In this document: positions 19,757 to 29,088 of the stretch, piece by piece
Layout of the letters: each line of letters starts with the position of its first letter
Position numbering within the stretch: the first letter of the stretch is position 1
Origin: Pirellulales bacterium
GTDB taxonomy: Bacteria > Planctomycetota > Planctomycetia > Pirellulales > UBA1268
DNA: 64,000 bases
Assembly: GCA_018401745.1 (NCBI GenBank)
Contig: JAGYJY010000020.1
Span: 32,250-96,249 of the forward strand
Reading direction: 5' to 3'
Made by a program: the position numbers and the translations under genes
Notes under the pieces: generated by a model
Told to the model about the DNA's origin: nothing
What the model saw: the letters and a program-made list of their open reading frames with translations, nothing else
The model's database searches: none

Positions 19757-19919
19757 ACGATCCGCAGGCCACCACGCTCACCGCGGCGATCAACGCCCAG
19801 CTCGCCAGCCGCCTCGGCGCACACCAACACCACTCCCCAGCGGCCCACAAGCCCGGGCAGAGCGAGGCCGGAGATCGAGAGCGGTCGTGTCTCATGTCCT
19901 GTGAGCCTACCTTGCCCAT
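19563..19919 (-). CDS. giant membrane protein paralog A, N-terminal segment with signal-anchor (hypothetical)
   Basis: ATG preceded by an in-frame TAA. Hydrophobic anchor 'LASWALIAAVSVVACGSFVSGVAMG', then a Pro/Ala linker. The frame switches to ORF 18290..19756 near 19610-19640. Confidence 0.5.
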   Translation of the reverse strand: MGKVGSQDMRHDRSRSPASLCPGLWAAGEWCWCAPRRLASWALIAAVSVVACGSFVSGVAMGQRGEPVETAGTAAVPKPTPAEAAARVESDAAEPAAAAGSEDRCHAGRRLTWGRTRS

Positions 19920-20032
19920 TTAAACAACGCATCCAAAACACCGCTGCGATTCCCCCGTCCGGCCCCCGCACACCCGCCCCAACCACCCCAGCCGCACCAA
20001 CCCGACCCCGCTCCTGCGGCTGACCGCCGAAC

Positions 20033-20189
20033 TCGCTTCACGCCTGCGGAGGAGGGAACGGGACGGGTCCGCGGGGGCCAAAGGCCCCTCGGCTTCGCCG
20101 GGAGGGCCAGGACAGGTCCGCGGGGCCGAGCCCGTCGGCTCGCCGAGGCCGCTGCGGCCCGTGGACTCGCTCCTCGCTTCACGCCTGCG
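20033..20189. repeat. pair of 17-bp direct repeats (ctcgcttcacgcctgcg) flanking a GC-rich segment with internal 'ggtccgcgggg' repeats
   Basis: Exact copies at 20033-20049 and 20173-20189, read directly from the sequence. They lie in the 0.6 kb non-coding gap between suhB-like and the giant gene block. Confidence 0.8.
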
Positions 20190-20398
20190 AAGCCATCCTG
20201 GCCTTCGCAGGCTAAGGCGACCTGCCAGAAAGCCAAGGTTTCTCCCCGGCCGCAGACCGACGCGGAGCGTCGGACAGGCCGTCCTTTACAACGTAAGCGA
20301 GGGGTGAGCCCGGGCCGAATGAGCCGGCCTTGCAGTCGAGCGCAGCCCGGAGGGCGAAAGCGAGAATGCACGAGTGAGCGAAGCCAGGATGGCGAAGC

Positions 20399-20520
20399 GA
20401 ACGCTCGGCGAATCGGCTGGGCTCACCCGAGCGCCCGAACGCTCGGCGAATCGGCTTGGGCTCACCCCGAGCGACCCCGAACGCTCGGCGCATCGGCCTG
20501 GGCTCACCCCGAGCGACCCT
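20399..20520. repeat. three tandem copies of a ~38-42 bp unit (gaacgctcggcgaatcggctgggctcacc(c)cgagcg(a)cc(c)c)
   Basis: Units at 20399-20436, 20437-20478 and 20479-20520, with a few substitutions or indels between them. They end 14 nt from the suhB-like stop codon. Confidence 0.85.
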
Positions 20521-20533
20521 ACCAGCGGCCGCC

Positions 20534-21421
20534 TCAGCCCTTGCCCATCATGTCGCGAAGCGCTGTCAGCAGCTCGCCGGTGCCCGCGGCGATGAAGGCC
20601 GGGTTGCTCAACGGCACGGAATCACCGGGATTGCCTTGAGGGTTGCCCGGTGGAATGAGCGGCGCTGTCACACCACCGGCTTCCTGCACCAGCAGCAGGC
20701 CGGCGGCAACGTCCCAGCTGGCGATCCGGCGTGCCCAGAAGGCATCGAGCCGGCCGGCAGCGAGGTAGGCAAGGTTGAGCGCTGAGGATCCGCTGCGGCG
20801 GATGGCACGGACGGCCGGGAGCACGGCCAGGAAGTCGCGGACGGCGAGCGACTCACTGGCCGAGTGTGCGGGGAAACTGACGGCCACCAGCGATTCTGCA
20901 GGGTCGCGGGTGGTGGTGGCGGTCATCGGCTCGCCGTTGAGCCATGCGCCGTGGCCAGCACGGGCGGTGTAACACTCGTTGCTCAGCGGGTCGTAGATGG
21001 CGCCTGCCAAGAGCCGGTCTCCATCGGCGAGGGCGACCGAGACGCAGTAGGCGGGATAGCCATGCACGTAGTTGGTGGTGCCGTCGAGCGGATCGACAAC
21101 CCAGCGAAGCGGATTGGTGTGGGCAGGAGGGGCTGCCGTGTCGGGCAGGGTTTCCTCACCTTCGAAGCCGTAGTCAGGGAAGGCCGCCGACACAAGCCGC
21201 CGGATTTCGGTCTGGCTGGCCAGATCGGCTTCGGTGACAAAATCCTTTGGGCCTTTGGAAGAAACCGCGAAGCGGCCCCGCCACGACTGCAGCACGGCCG
21301 CTCCGGCACGGGCTGCTTCTTCACAGGTTTTCAGGTGCTCTTCCGTTGGCTCAATCGACGACACGCAAACTCCTTCGGTTAGCAGCACCGTGTGGCTCAA
21401 CACACAATCGCGAGCGCTCAT
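20534..21421 (-). CDS. suhB: inositol monophosphatase family protein (SuhB-like)
   Basis: IMPase motifs 'EGEE', 'WVVDPLDGTTNYVHG' and 'AAGRLDAFW...WDVAAG'. The exact start is uncertain. Confidence 0.85.
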   Translation of the reverse strand: MSARDCVLSHTVLLTEGVCVSSIEPTEEHLKTCEEAARAGAAVLQSWRGRFAVSSKGPKDFVTEADLASQTEIRRLVSAAFPDYGFEGEETLPDTAAPPAHTNPLRWVVDPLDGTTNYVHGYPAYCVSVALADGDRLLAGAIYDPLSNECYTARAGHGAWLNGEPMTATTTRDPAESLVAVSFPAHSASESLAVRDFLAVLPAVRAIRRSGSSALNLAYLAAGRLDAFWARRIASWDVAAGLLLVQEAGGVTAPLIPPGNPQGNPGDSVPLSNPAFIAAGTGELLTALRDMMGKG

Positions 21422-21510
21422 GCTACATCACTTCCCCGCGGCCGATGCCGCAGCGGTGCTCGCGGAAGCGGCGGCATGGTCTATGTTGATGCCAGCACGG
21501 CCGCGTTTCT

Positions 21511-22284
21511 GTGTTCGATGAGATCGCCCTGAGGATGCCCGCGATGCCAGAATCTTCCGATGCGTCAGCGACCTGCGAGCCGCCGCGGTGGCGGCTTTCC
21601 GGAATGCAGGCGACCGACGAAATCGCGCAGGCACAGGTCAATCTTGCCGAGCCTCGCTTGGGGCTGGTGGTGCCCGATGGCGACGCGGAGATGCGGCTCT
21701 TGGGGCTGGAGCTGCCGGAGGGTTGCCGGCCGACGGAGGTCTGGTCGCGGGGGGCCGACCTGACGGCGGTCTACGAGCCGGGGGATGCTCGGCAGCTGCG
21801 GGTGACCGCAATGTGGCGGGCCGCGGGGGCGGATGAACAGCTTCCCGGCGTCCGCAGCTGGCAGATGGTCCTGTCGGCGCAGACATCTCTCTTGTCCAGC
21901 CTGGCGGAGCTGTCGGTGAGATCGCAGCGTGTTGGCGAGGTGGCCGAGGGCTGCTGGCACGAGGGCCGCGTCGATTGGCAGCATGCCGCCGCTGGGGAGG
22001 TCACGTGCCTGCGGGTGTGTGGTCCGGCCGCGGAAGGCTCAGGATCCTGCCTGGTGATCGCGATTCATCCCGATGATGCGGGCGTGGTGGAGCATGCTGA
22101 CGGCGAGGCTGACGCAAGGCTGGTTCGCTGTCGCCTCTTCCCGCGGGACGTCGAAAAAGGTGTCCTGCTGCGCAGCCGGGTGCTCGTCGCGGTTGGGCCT
22201 CGCGAATCGCAGGAGGCGGCCGAGGGCTGGCCCGATGCGGTGCTGCGGCGGTTTGCCGGGTCGGAGCCGATCCTGAGCACCTAA
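21511..22284 (+). CDS. hypothetical protein
   Basis: 257-aa ORF with coding-like composition and no motif I recognise. It is first in a co-directional trio with the SbcD-like and Rad50-like genes. Confidence 0.5.
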   Translation: MFDEIALRMPAMPESSDASATCEPPRWRLSGMQATDEIAQAQVNLAEPRLGLVVPDGDAEMRLLGLELPEGCRPTEVWSRGADLTAVYEPGDARQLRVTAMWRAAGADEQLPGVRSWQMVLSAQTSLLSSLAELSVRSQRVGEVAEGCWHEGRVDWQHAAAGEVTCLRVCGPAAEGSGSCLVIAIHPDDAGVVEHADGEADARLVRCRLFPRDVEKGVLLRSRVLVAVGPRESQEAAEGWPDAVLRRFAGSEPILST

Positions 22285-22436
22285 CCGCAGGCCTTCCGCA
22301 GCCCGGGCGAGGCCGCACACTCTGCGCACCTTGCCGATTTTCACCTTGGTGGGTTTGAGGGCCTACGGCTACGCTTTTGCGTCGGCGGTGGGATTCCCGC
22401 CATCCTCCACACGCCACCGCGAGGAGCCATCCACCC

Positions 22437-23599
22437 GTGGCAGAGACTGAAATTGTTTTCGCTTTTGATGCCCGCATCGACTGTCCACCAGGCCTTGTGG
22501 ATATGCCGAGCGACCGGCGGCGGCGGTTTGCCACCGCGGCGATGGCGGCCCTCGAAAACGTGTTCACGATGGCCGTTGATCGAGAAGCCGCTGCCGTGGT
22601 TCTCTTCGGCGAACTGCTCAACCCGGCCCGAATCAGCCCTGCGCAGGCAGCGGATGTGGCGGCGTGGATCGACTCGTTCTGCCATGAAGGTGGCATTGTC
22701 GTGGCCGCCGCCGACCCCACCGCGGCTGCCGGAACTGGCCACCGCCCTTGGTGAGCCGCCAGGCCTCCGCCTGCTGGCAGCGGGGCAGCGGATGACGCTC
22801 AGCAGGGGACCGCTGACCGTCGAGCTTGCCTGCCAGGATCCCCGCGACATCGAGATCACGACCCATCGGCTCGCTGCCGGCGGCGACACAGCCGACGACG
22901 ACGACCAGTCGCACGCCAGCGAACCCACATTCCATGAGGGTGGAGCGGGCGATCGTTCATGGCCAGCGAGACCGGCTTCGGCCACTGCCGGCAGACGCTG
23001 CAACAGGCGTCCGGCAGTGGACGCTGCCCTCGATCCAGCCCCGCAGCCTTCTTGAGCACGGTCCGGGGGCAGCGGCCACACTGCGGCTCTCATCGGAGGG
23101 CAGGATCAACGACTGGTCGCTCTTTCCCACCGCCGTGATCAGCTGGCAGGTGGTGCGAACGGTCTGCTCCGTGAACGAGCAGGAGGAAGAGCTCTCGGCA
23201 ACGGCGGCGGCTGAGGTCGAGCAGGCGGTTGCTGGCTGCTCGACACCACTCTCCATCGTGCGACTGCTGGTCGACTGTGAGGGGGATGCCGACCGCCGCG
23301 GTCGCGTCGCGCGGATCGCCCCGTCGGTGCTTGGCGAAATACGGCAGCTGCTGGAAGGCCTGCCGGATGATCCAGGGCGACCGCTCGCCTGGTGCGAACG
23401 CGTGGAGGCCGACCCTGCGGAATCCCTCGAACCGTTGGCTGCCACGGATGACCTCGGCGGCAGCCGGAAGTTTCCCGCGATGCTGGCGAGCGAAGCGGCC
23501 AGCTGGACGCTGGCGACGGCCGGTGACGAGCGGGTCGACCCGGCAGCCGTGGTACGCGAAGCAGCCTGGATGACTCTCGAACTCCTTGAGGATGACTGA
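22437..23599 (+). CDS. SbcD/Mre11/YhaO-like phosphoesterase homolog with degenerate motif I, frame-disrupted as assembled
   Basis: Read through three successive frames (ORFs 22377..22754, 22453..23055, 22826..23599), with switches near 22715-22740 and 22900-22950. The N-terminus 'IVFAFDARIDCPPGL' sits where D-x-H of calcineurin-like nucleases normally is, but it lacks the His. The gene lies immediately upstream of the Rad50-like ATPase. Confidence 0.45.
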
Positions 23600-23647
23600 G
23601 CCGCCGCTGCTGGCCCGTACGGCAGCGGCAGGAGCTGAGGTGACACG

Positions 23648-26600
23648 ATGGATATCGAACGCTTGGAAATCGGCAGGTTCGGCTGCCTTCGCGACGTGCG
23701 GGTCGACGGCCTTGGTCCGGGTGTGCATGTGTTTCACGGCACGAACGAAACCGGCAAGACCACCCTGCTGGAGTTTGTGCGAGGCATGCTCTTCGGCTTC
23801 GGCTCACTCGCCCGCCGGGGCGTGATTGATGCCGACGTGGAGAGCGTCGGTCGGCTCGTGGTGCGGCCGGTCAGCGACGGTCGGCTCTGGAGCGTGGTCC
23901 GTCGACGCGGGGCGGGCGTTCCCCTGACGGGCAAGAACGCCCACGACGACCTTGTGGTCGAAGATGACGCTGGCCGTCAGCATGTCCGGTCGTCGCTGGA
24001 GGAATGGACCGGCGGACTCGACGAGGCGTCGTATGTGGCAGTGATGGCCTTTGGCCTCGACGAGCTTCACGAGCTTTCCTCGCTACAGGCAGCTGGCTGC
24101 GGAGGCCGTCTCTACGAGCTCGCCGGAGGCCTCGATCGCGGCCATGTCTTTCGCGTGATGGAGAACCTGCGGGCGGCCATCGAGCGGGCCGACAGCACCG
24201 ACCCAACCACCTCACCGATCGTCGCGCTCGAACGACGCTTGGCGGGGATCCATGATCGCTTTGAAGCTGCTGGCAGGCCCGCTGTCACCCGGGGCCGACA
24301 GGTGGCCGACGCGCGTCGCCTCCGCGGTGAAGTGAACGAGCTGGAGCCCCGCCTGGCGGCAGCGACCCTCGAGGAAGAGCGTCTGCTCGCCGCGATGGAT
24401 CTTGAGCCGTTGGTTCGCGAACGCGAGGCGGCCGGCAAGGCCCTGCGGCGATTCGACCCGGAAGATCTCGTGCATCCCGACTTCCGTCGCTGGCGACGCC
24501 TCGACAAACGGCGGCGGCGGGTGCAGCGGGTGCTCGAAGCCCGTCACAACACCCGGCGAGCGGCTGGCGGTCGAGGGCCGTCAGCTTCCCAAGGCATCGG
24601 CTGTCTGGCAGAAGCGGCGGCTGATTCGCCCCTTGCTCGACGACGAGCCTCGGCTTGAGCGACTCACCACCGAAGCTGTTCGCGCAGAGACAGCGGCCCT
24701 GCTTGCAGCCCGCCGGTTTGGTGAAGAGCTCGGCAGCCTTGGCCTCTCAAGACTCGTCGACGACGACACGGCAGCCTCGCACCGCGGCTCGCTCCTGCCT
24801 CCGGGTTTCAGCTCGGCATTTCGGGCGATGCGGAAGAAAGCGGCCGCCTGCTCCGCGGCCTCGCGGGCGGTTCGTGATGCCGCGGCTGAGGTGGAGGCGA
24901 TCGAGCAGGAGATCGCGGCCGTGGATGGGGGCGGTTCTGCCGATCGGGCAGCGGCAAGCCAGCAGCTGGCTGAGCGGCTCGAACAGGCTGCCGCTCTTGA
25001 GTCGCTGATCCGCAAACGGCTCAACACCGGCACGCAGCTCGACGACGTGCAGCGGTCGATCCAACGCATCGAGGACGATGTCCGCCATCGCCTGGAGGGG
25101 CAGGTGCTTCCCTCTGGCATCCTCACGACGCTCGGCACGGCCTTTAGCGTGGGGATCGGCCTGCTGTTTTCCGGGCTCCTGTTGCCCGCTGAAGTCACAG
25201 GCTCGATGGCCTATGCGATGGCGGCGGTGGGCCTCGCGGGAGCAGGCGTTGCCGGCGCAACCACCTGGTCACTCGACCGCTCCGCCGCCGGCCGCGTGGC
25301 CGCGGCTCGCAGCCAGCTCGCCACCGCCCACCGCCAGCGGCAGTCCGTTCTTGAAGCGCTCGCCGACCTCGATGCCCGGCTCGAAACCGACAGCATCGAA
25401 TCGCTGGACGCTCGGCTTCTCGCGGCCCGCAGTGAGGTATCCCTGCTCGAAGGCGAGGCTGCTCGGCTGGCAAGCCAGAGCGATCCTCGCGAGCGGTTGG
25501 CCGCCGCCCAAGCCCGGCTCTCGCAGGCTCAACACGCCAACAGTCGCACCCGCGATCGCTGGCAACAGGCCCTTGAATCCCGTGGCTTTCCAGGGCAGCT
25601 CACGCCCCGAACCTTTCGCGACCTGGCCCGGCACAGGCGGCATCTGGAGATGCTTGACGACGAACGACGGCATGCCGTTGAAGATGCCCGCGGCACGCGA
25701 GAGGATCTCACGACCGTCTCCCTGCCAATCGAGCAGGCCGTCGCCGCACTCGATCTCGGCAGCGAAGGGCTCACGCCGGTCGAGCTGTTGGGCATGCTGC
25801 GGGAGCGGCTTTCGGCAGATGAGTCCATCGTGCGGCGGCGAAAGCGGGTGCGGCGAGTGTTTGTGCGGGCTCGGCATGGCCACCGTCTTGCGGTGCGGCG
25901 GGTTAAGGCACTCAATGCCAGGATCGCCGAACTGCTCCGCCGCTGGGATGTGGAGAGCGAAGAGGCCTTCCTCGAGCGGGTCGATCGCCGCCAGGCCTAC
26001 GACGCGGCGGTGCAACGTGTCGACGCCAGTGGCACAGCAGTTGAGGAGGCTCGTCGCCTGCTCCCGCAGGAGAGCCTCGCCTCGATCGATGCCTGGATCG
26101 CCGAGGCCAACGAGCAGCCGCTCGAGCAGCGGGCCCAGGCTGCCTCGCAGCAGCGTGACCGGCTGGCAAGCAGCCTGCGTGAGCTTCGCGAACGACTCGC
26201 CGGCGTTGCCGCCGTTGCCGAGGCCTCCCGCAGCGACCGCAGCCTTGAGCTCCTGCAGACAGAAGCCGCCGAGATCGAGGAAGAGCTGGCCTTCCACCGA
26301 CGCCGACGGGTGGCCCTTCAGACCGCCCTCGAGCTGCTCACGGAAACCCGCCGGCGTTTTCTTGCCGAACACCAGCCGCCCGTTCTCCTGGAAGCATCGA
26401 CGTGGCTGGAACGGCTCACTGGCGGTCGCTACCGCCAGATCACGGCTGTTGCCGACGACGCCGTGCTGATGATCGAAGATGTTGACGGCGTGGAGTGGCT
26501 GCCCGAGCGACTCAGCCGAGGCACCCGTGAGCAGGTCTTCCTTGCCCTGCGGCTGGCGCTCGTCGCCGACCTCGAGCGGGCCGGCATCCGCCTGCCGCTG

Positions 26601-27205
26601 ATCATGGACGACGCCCTGGTCAACTTCGACGATGAGCGGGCCCGCTTTGCCGCCCAGACGCTCGTGGGATTTGCCAATGAGCGGGGCCGTCAGATGCTCG
26701 TGCTCTCATGCCATGCCCATGTCGTGCAGCTCTTCACCGCCGCCGGCGCGCACATCCGCGGCCTCGACGGCCGCTGGCTCTCCGCCGGCCGGCCAGCGGC
26801 GGCAGCGGTTGTCGCGGAGCCAGCGCCCGCCCCAGAGCCTGCTGAGCCAGAGCCCGCCGAAAACGAGCACGAAGAGCGGATCGCCGACGACCGGTGGCCG
26901 AAGAGCTGGCTGAAGAACCAGTCGTCGAGGCGGCCATGCCCGCTCCGCCCGCCGCTCTGCCGGCAAGTCCCAGCTGGTCTGCTCCCGTCTTTGCCGAGAG
27001 CATCGAAGCCGCAGGCCCCGGTGACGGTATTCCAGAGCTACCCGATGAGCTCGTTCGCCGCAGGAAGGTGGCAGCCATGCCCCGCCCCAGACCCCAGCTG
27101 CCGACCGTCCGTCGGCCGGTCAAACCGCTCGTGGTCGCCCGCCACACCTGGTCGGCAGAAGAGTTTGACGGCGAACTCGATGACCGCGTTGCCGTGCGTC
27201 GCTGA
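23648..27205 (+). CDS. Rad50/SbcC/YhaN-like AAA ATPase with central membrane helices, frame-disrupted as assembled
   Basis: P-loop 'FHGTNETGKTTLLEF'. Long coiled-coil-like A/R/E/L-rich arms with two central hydrophobic helices ('GILTTLGTAFSVGIGLLFSGLLL', 'MAYAMAAVGLAGAGVAGATTW'). ABC signature 'LSRGTREQVFLALRLAL' and Walker B 'LPLIMDDALVNFD'. Read through ORFs 23648..24658, 24402..27335 and 26894..27205, with frame switches near 24545 and 26890. With the last switch, the stop lands 5 nt from the convergent gene. Confidence 0.75.
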
Positions 27206-27210
27206 GCGGC

Positions 27211-27705
27211 TCAGCCTACGCCGACAGCCGACTGCTGAACGTCCTGCAAATACCGGGCCCGCAGCTGCGACAACAGCATGCCGAGATAGGCGTTGGCTCC
27301 GAGCGACAGAAAGAGGGCCACGAGCGAGCCGATAAACAGGCCCCAGGGCCGGGCCGTTGCTTCCTGAGGATTGTCGATCGCCGTCGCTTCCGTGGCCACC
27401 GCCTGAATGACCGCCGGCGGCCGGGGCCGGCTTGCCGCTTCCGCCACCGTCCGCTCCACCGCGGTCGGCCAGCGATCCGCCAGGTAGATCCGCACCCGCC
27501 GAACATCCCGAGCGTCGGCAGGGACGTCGCTGGTGAGCGCGTGCTGGGATCCGGCGAGCGCGAGATCCGGCTCAACCCGCAGCAGGTAGTCGTAGCCGCC
27601 CTCCTCAGCAGGCACACAGGCCGCCTCGATGCCGGTCGCAACCACCGTAGCCATGATCATCAGCGTTTCCAGCAGCATGGATCGACACTCTCTTTCTAAG
27701 AACAC
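27211..27705 (-). CDS. small membrane-anchored hypothetical protein
   Basis: N-terminal hydrophobic segment 'LLETLMIMATVVATGIEA' and C-terminal helix 'WGLFIGSLVALFLSLGANAYLGMLL'. The likely start is at the internal ATG 27678. Confidence 0.5.
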   Translation of the reverse strand: MFLERECRSMLLETLMIMATVVATGIEAACVPAEEGGYDYLLRVEPDLALAGSQHALTSDVPADARDVRRVRIYLADRWPTAVERTVAEAASRPRPPAVIQAVATEATAIDNPQEATARPWGLFIGSLVALFLSLGANAYLGMLLSQLRARYLQDVQQSAVGVG

Positions 27706-27735
27706 GCCACCGTCACCGCGGCGGCTCCCACGATT

Positions 27736-28866
27736 TCACGTCGAGTCTCGCTGGGATGCAACCTCGCCTGCCGGTGTTTTCCCTGCGGGCAGCGGCGCCT
27801 CGCCGGCCATCGCTGGCCCGACATTTCCCAGGGGGCTTCCCGACATACTGTCGAGTTCGGTCTGCAGCATCGTCAACGCTGCCTGCAAAAAGGCCACCAC
27901 AACCGGCCCCACGAAGACCCCAATCGGCCCCAGTGCCCCCACGCCGCCGAGCACGCTCAGCAGCGCCAGCAGCGGGTGCAGCTTCGATTGCCCCTGGAGG
28001 ACGAGCGGCTTGATCACGTTGTCGATCGTTGAAACCACCAGCCCGCCCCACAGGGCCAGGCCGACAGCGGCCCAGGTCTGCTCGGCAAAGAAGAGCAGGT
28101 AGAGCGAGGCGGCTCCCCAGATCGTGGCCGCACCGACAAACGGCACCATCGCCCCAAAAAATGTGAGCATCGTCAGCAGAAACACACCATTCAGCCCGGC
28201 CACCGCGTAGCCGATGCCGGCCAAGGCCGCCTGCACCACAGCGGCCAGCAGCGTCGAGCTGACCACCGCCCGACTGATCTCCTCAAACTCCGCCAACAGC
28301 TGCCACTGATACCGACGGTCGAGCGGAATCAGCCGGGTGACGGCGGCGGTCATGTGCCGCCCGTCGAGCAGAAAGTAGAAGAAGCTCACGGCCATCACCA
28401 CCAAGCCGATCACCGCCTTGACGATCACCACGGGCGTGCCTGTGGCGATGGGGGCCACCACCTCCTCCGCAAACTGCCGCAGTTGGCCATTCACCGCCTT
28501 GGCCGTGAGGGAGAGGCCCGTGGCTTCGTTGACCGAGCCGACGAGCCGCTCCAGCACCATCGGATCGAGCCGAGGATCGGTCGGCCCTCGAAACATCGCA
28601 ACCGCATCCCCGATGGCCCGTGCGGTAATCAGGCCAACGGGCGCAAACACCAGCAGCAGCACAAACAGCGTCGTCAGACCCGCCGCCAACCAGTCTGGTC
28701 CGGAGAGCCGCTTCTGCAGCCAGCGGTGCAACGGGCCGAAGATCACCACGAGCATCGCTGCCAGCAGCAGGGGCAAAAAGAAGCTGGCCATCACCCGAAT
28801 CGAGAGCAGCCCGAAGGCCACCACCAGACCAATGATCACTCCCAGCGACATGAAGCGGGCCATCAT
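27736..28866 (-). CDS. AI-2E family transporter (PerM/UPF0118)
   Basis: 376-aa polytopic protein. Its overall pattern ('FFLPLLLAAMLVVIFGPLHRWL', 'LAEFEEISRAVVSSTLLAAVVQAALAGIGY', 'GALGPIGVFVGPVV') is typical of the AI-2E/PerM family. Confidence 0.75.
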   Translation of the reverse strand: MMARFMSLGVIIGLVVAFGLLSIRVMASFFLPLLLAAMLVVIFGPLHRWLQKRLSGPDWLAAGLTTLFVLLLVFAPVGLITARAIGDAVAMFRGPTDPRLDPMVLERLVGSVNEATGLSLTAKAVNGQLRQFAEEVVAPIATGTPVVIVKAVIGLVVMAVSFFYFLLDGRHMTAAVTRLIPLDRRYQWQLLAEFEEISRAVVSSTLLAAVVQAALAGIGYAVAGLNGVFLLTMLTFFGAMVPFVGAATIWGAASLYLLFFAEQTWAAVGLALWGGLVVSTIDNVIKPLVLQGQSKLHPLLALLSVLGGVGALGPIGVFVGPVVVAFLQAALTMLQTELDSMSGSPLGNVGPAMAGEAPLPAGKTPAGEVASQRDST

Positions 28867-28877
28867 CTCTCAGCTTT

Positions 28878-28902
28878 CCTCGTACAGCTTGCCTCGTACA
28901 GC
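28878..28902. repeat. 11-bp direct repeat cctcgtacagc x2 separated by 3 nt
   Basis: Copies at 28878-28888 and 28892-28902. On the minus strand this duplicates a GAGG-containing element 12-36 nt upstream of the AI-2E transporter start codon. Confidence 0.8.
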
Positions 28903-29088
28903 GATCTCTTTGGCAAAACGGCGGCTGCCGTTTGCATGATGACGAGCCCTCCCGCCAGCCGAGCAGGACTCCCACGAGTGTACGTGCTGCCCCTGCAGAC
29001 GCTTGGCCGCCGACAGATCGCCATGGCCGCCGCCAGTGTGGAAAGAGTATCCTCTCCGCCAACAGATACCCGACGATCTTACCCCTGA

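Noticed and set aside
20399-20520. Tandem ~40-bp repeats considered as a possible mini-CRISPR array
   Set aside because: The units abut directly with no unique spacers, there are only three copies, they are imperfect, and there are no cas genes in the window.
19907-20639. Several 60-150-aa ORFs on both strands inside the repeat-rich intergenic region
   Set aside because: Their sequences merely translate the tandem and direct repeats (for example 'LGESAGLTRAPERSANRLGLTPSDPERSAHRPGLTPSDP'). There are no start-context or homology features.
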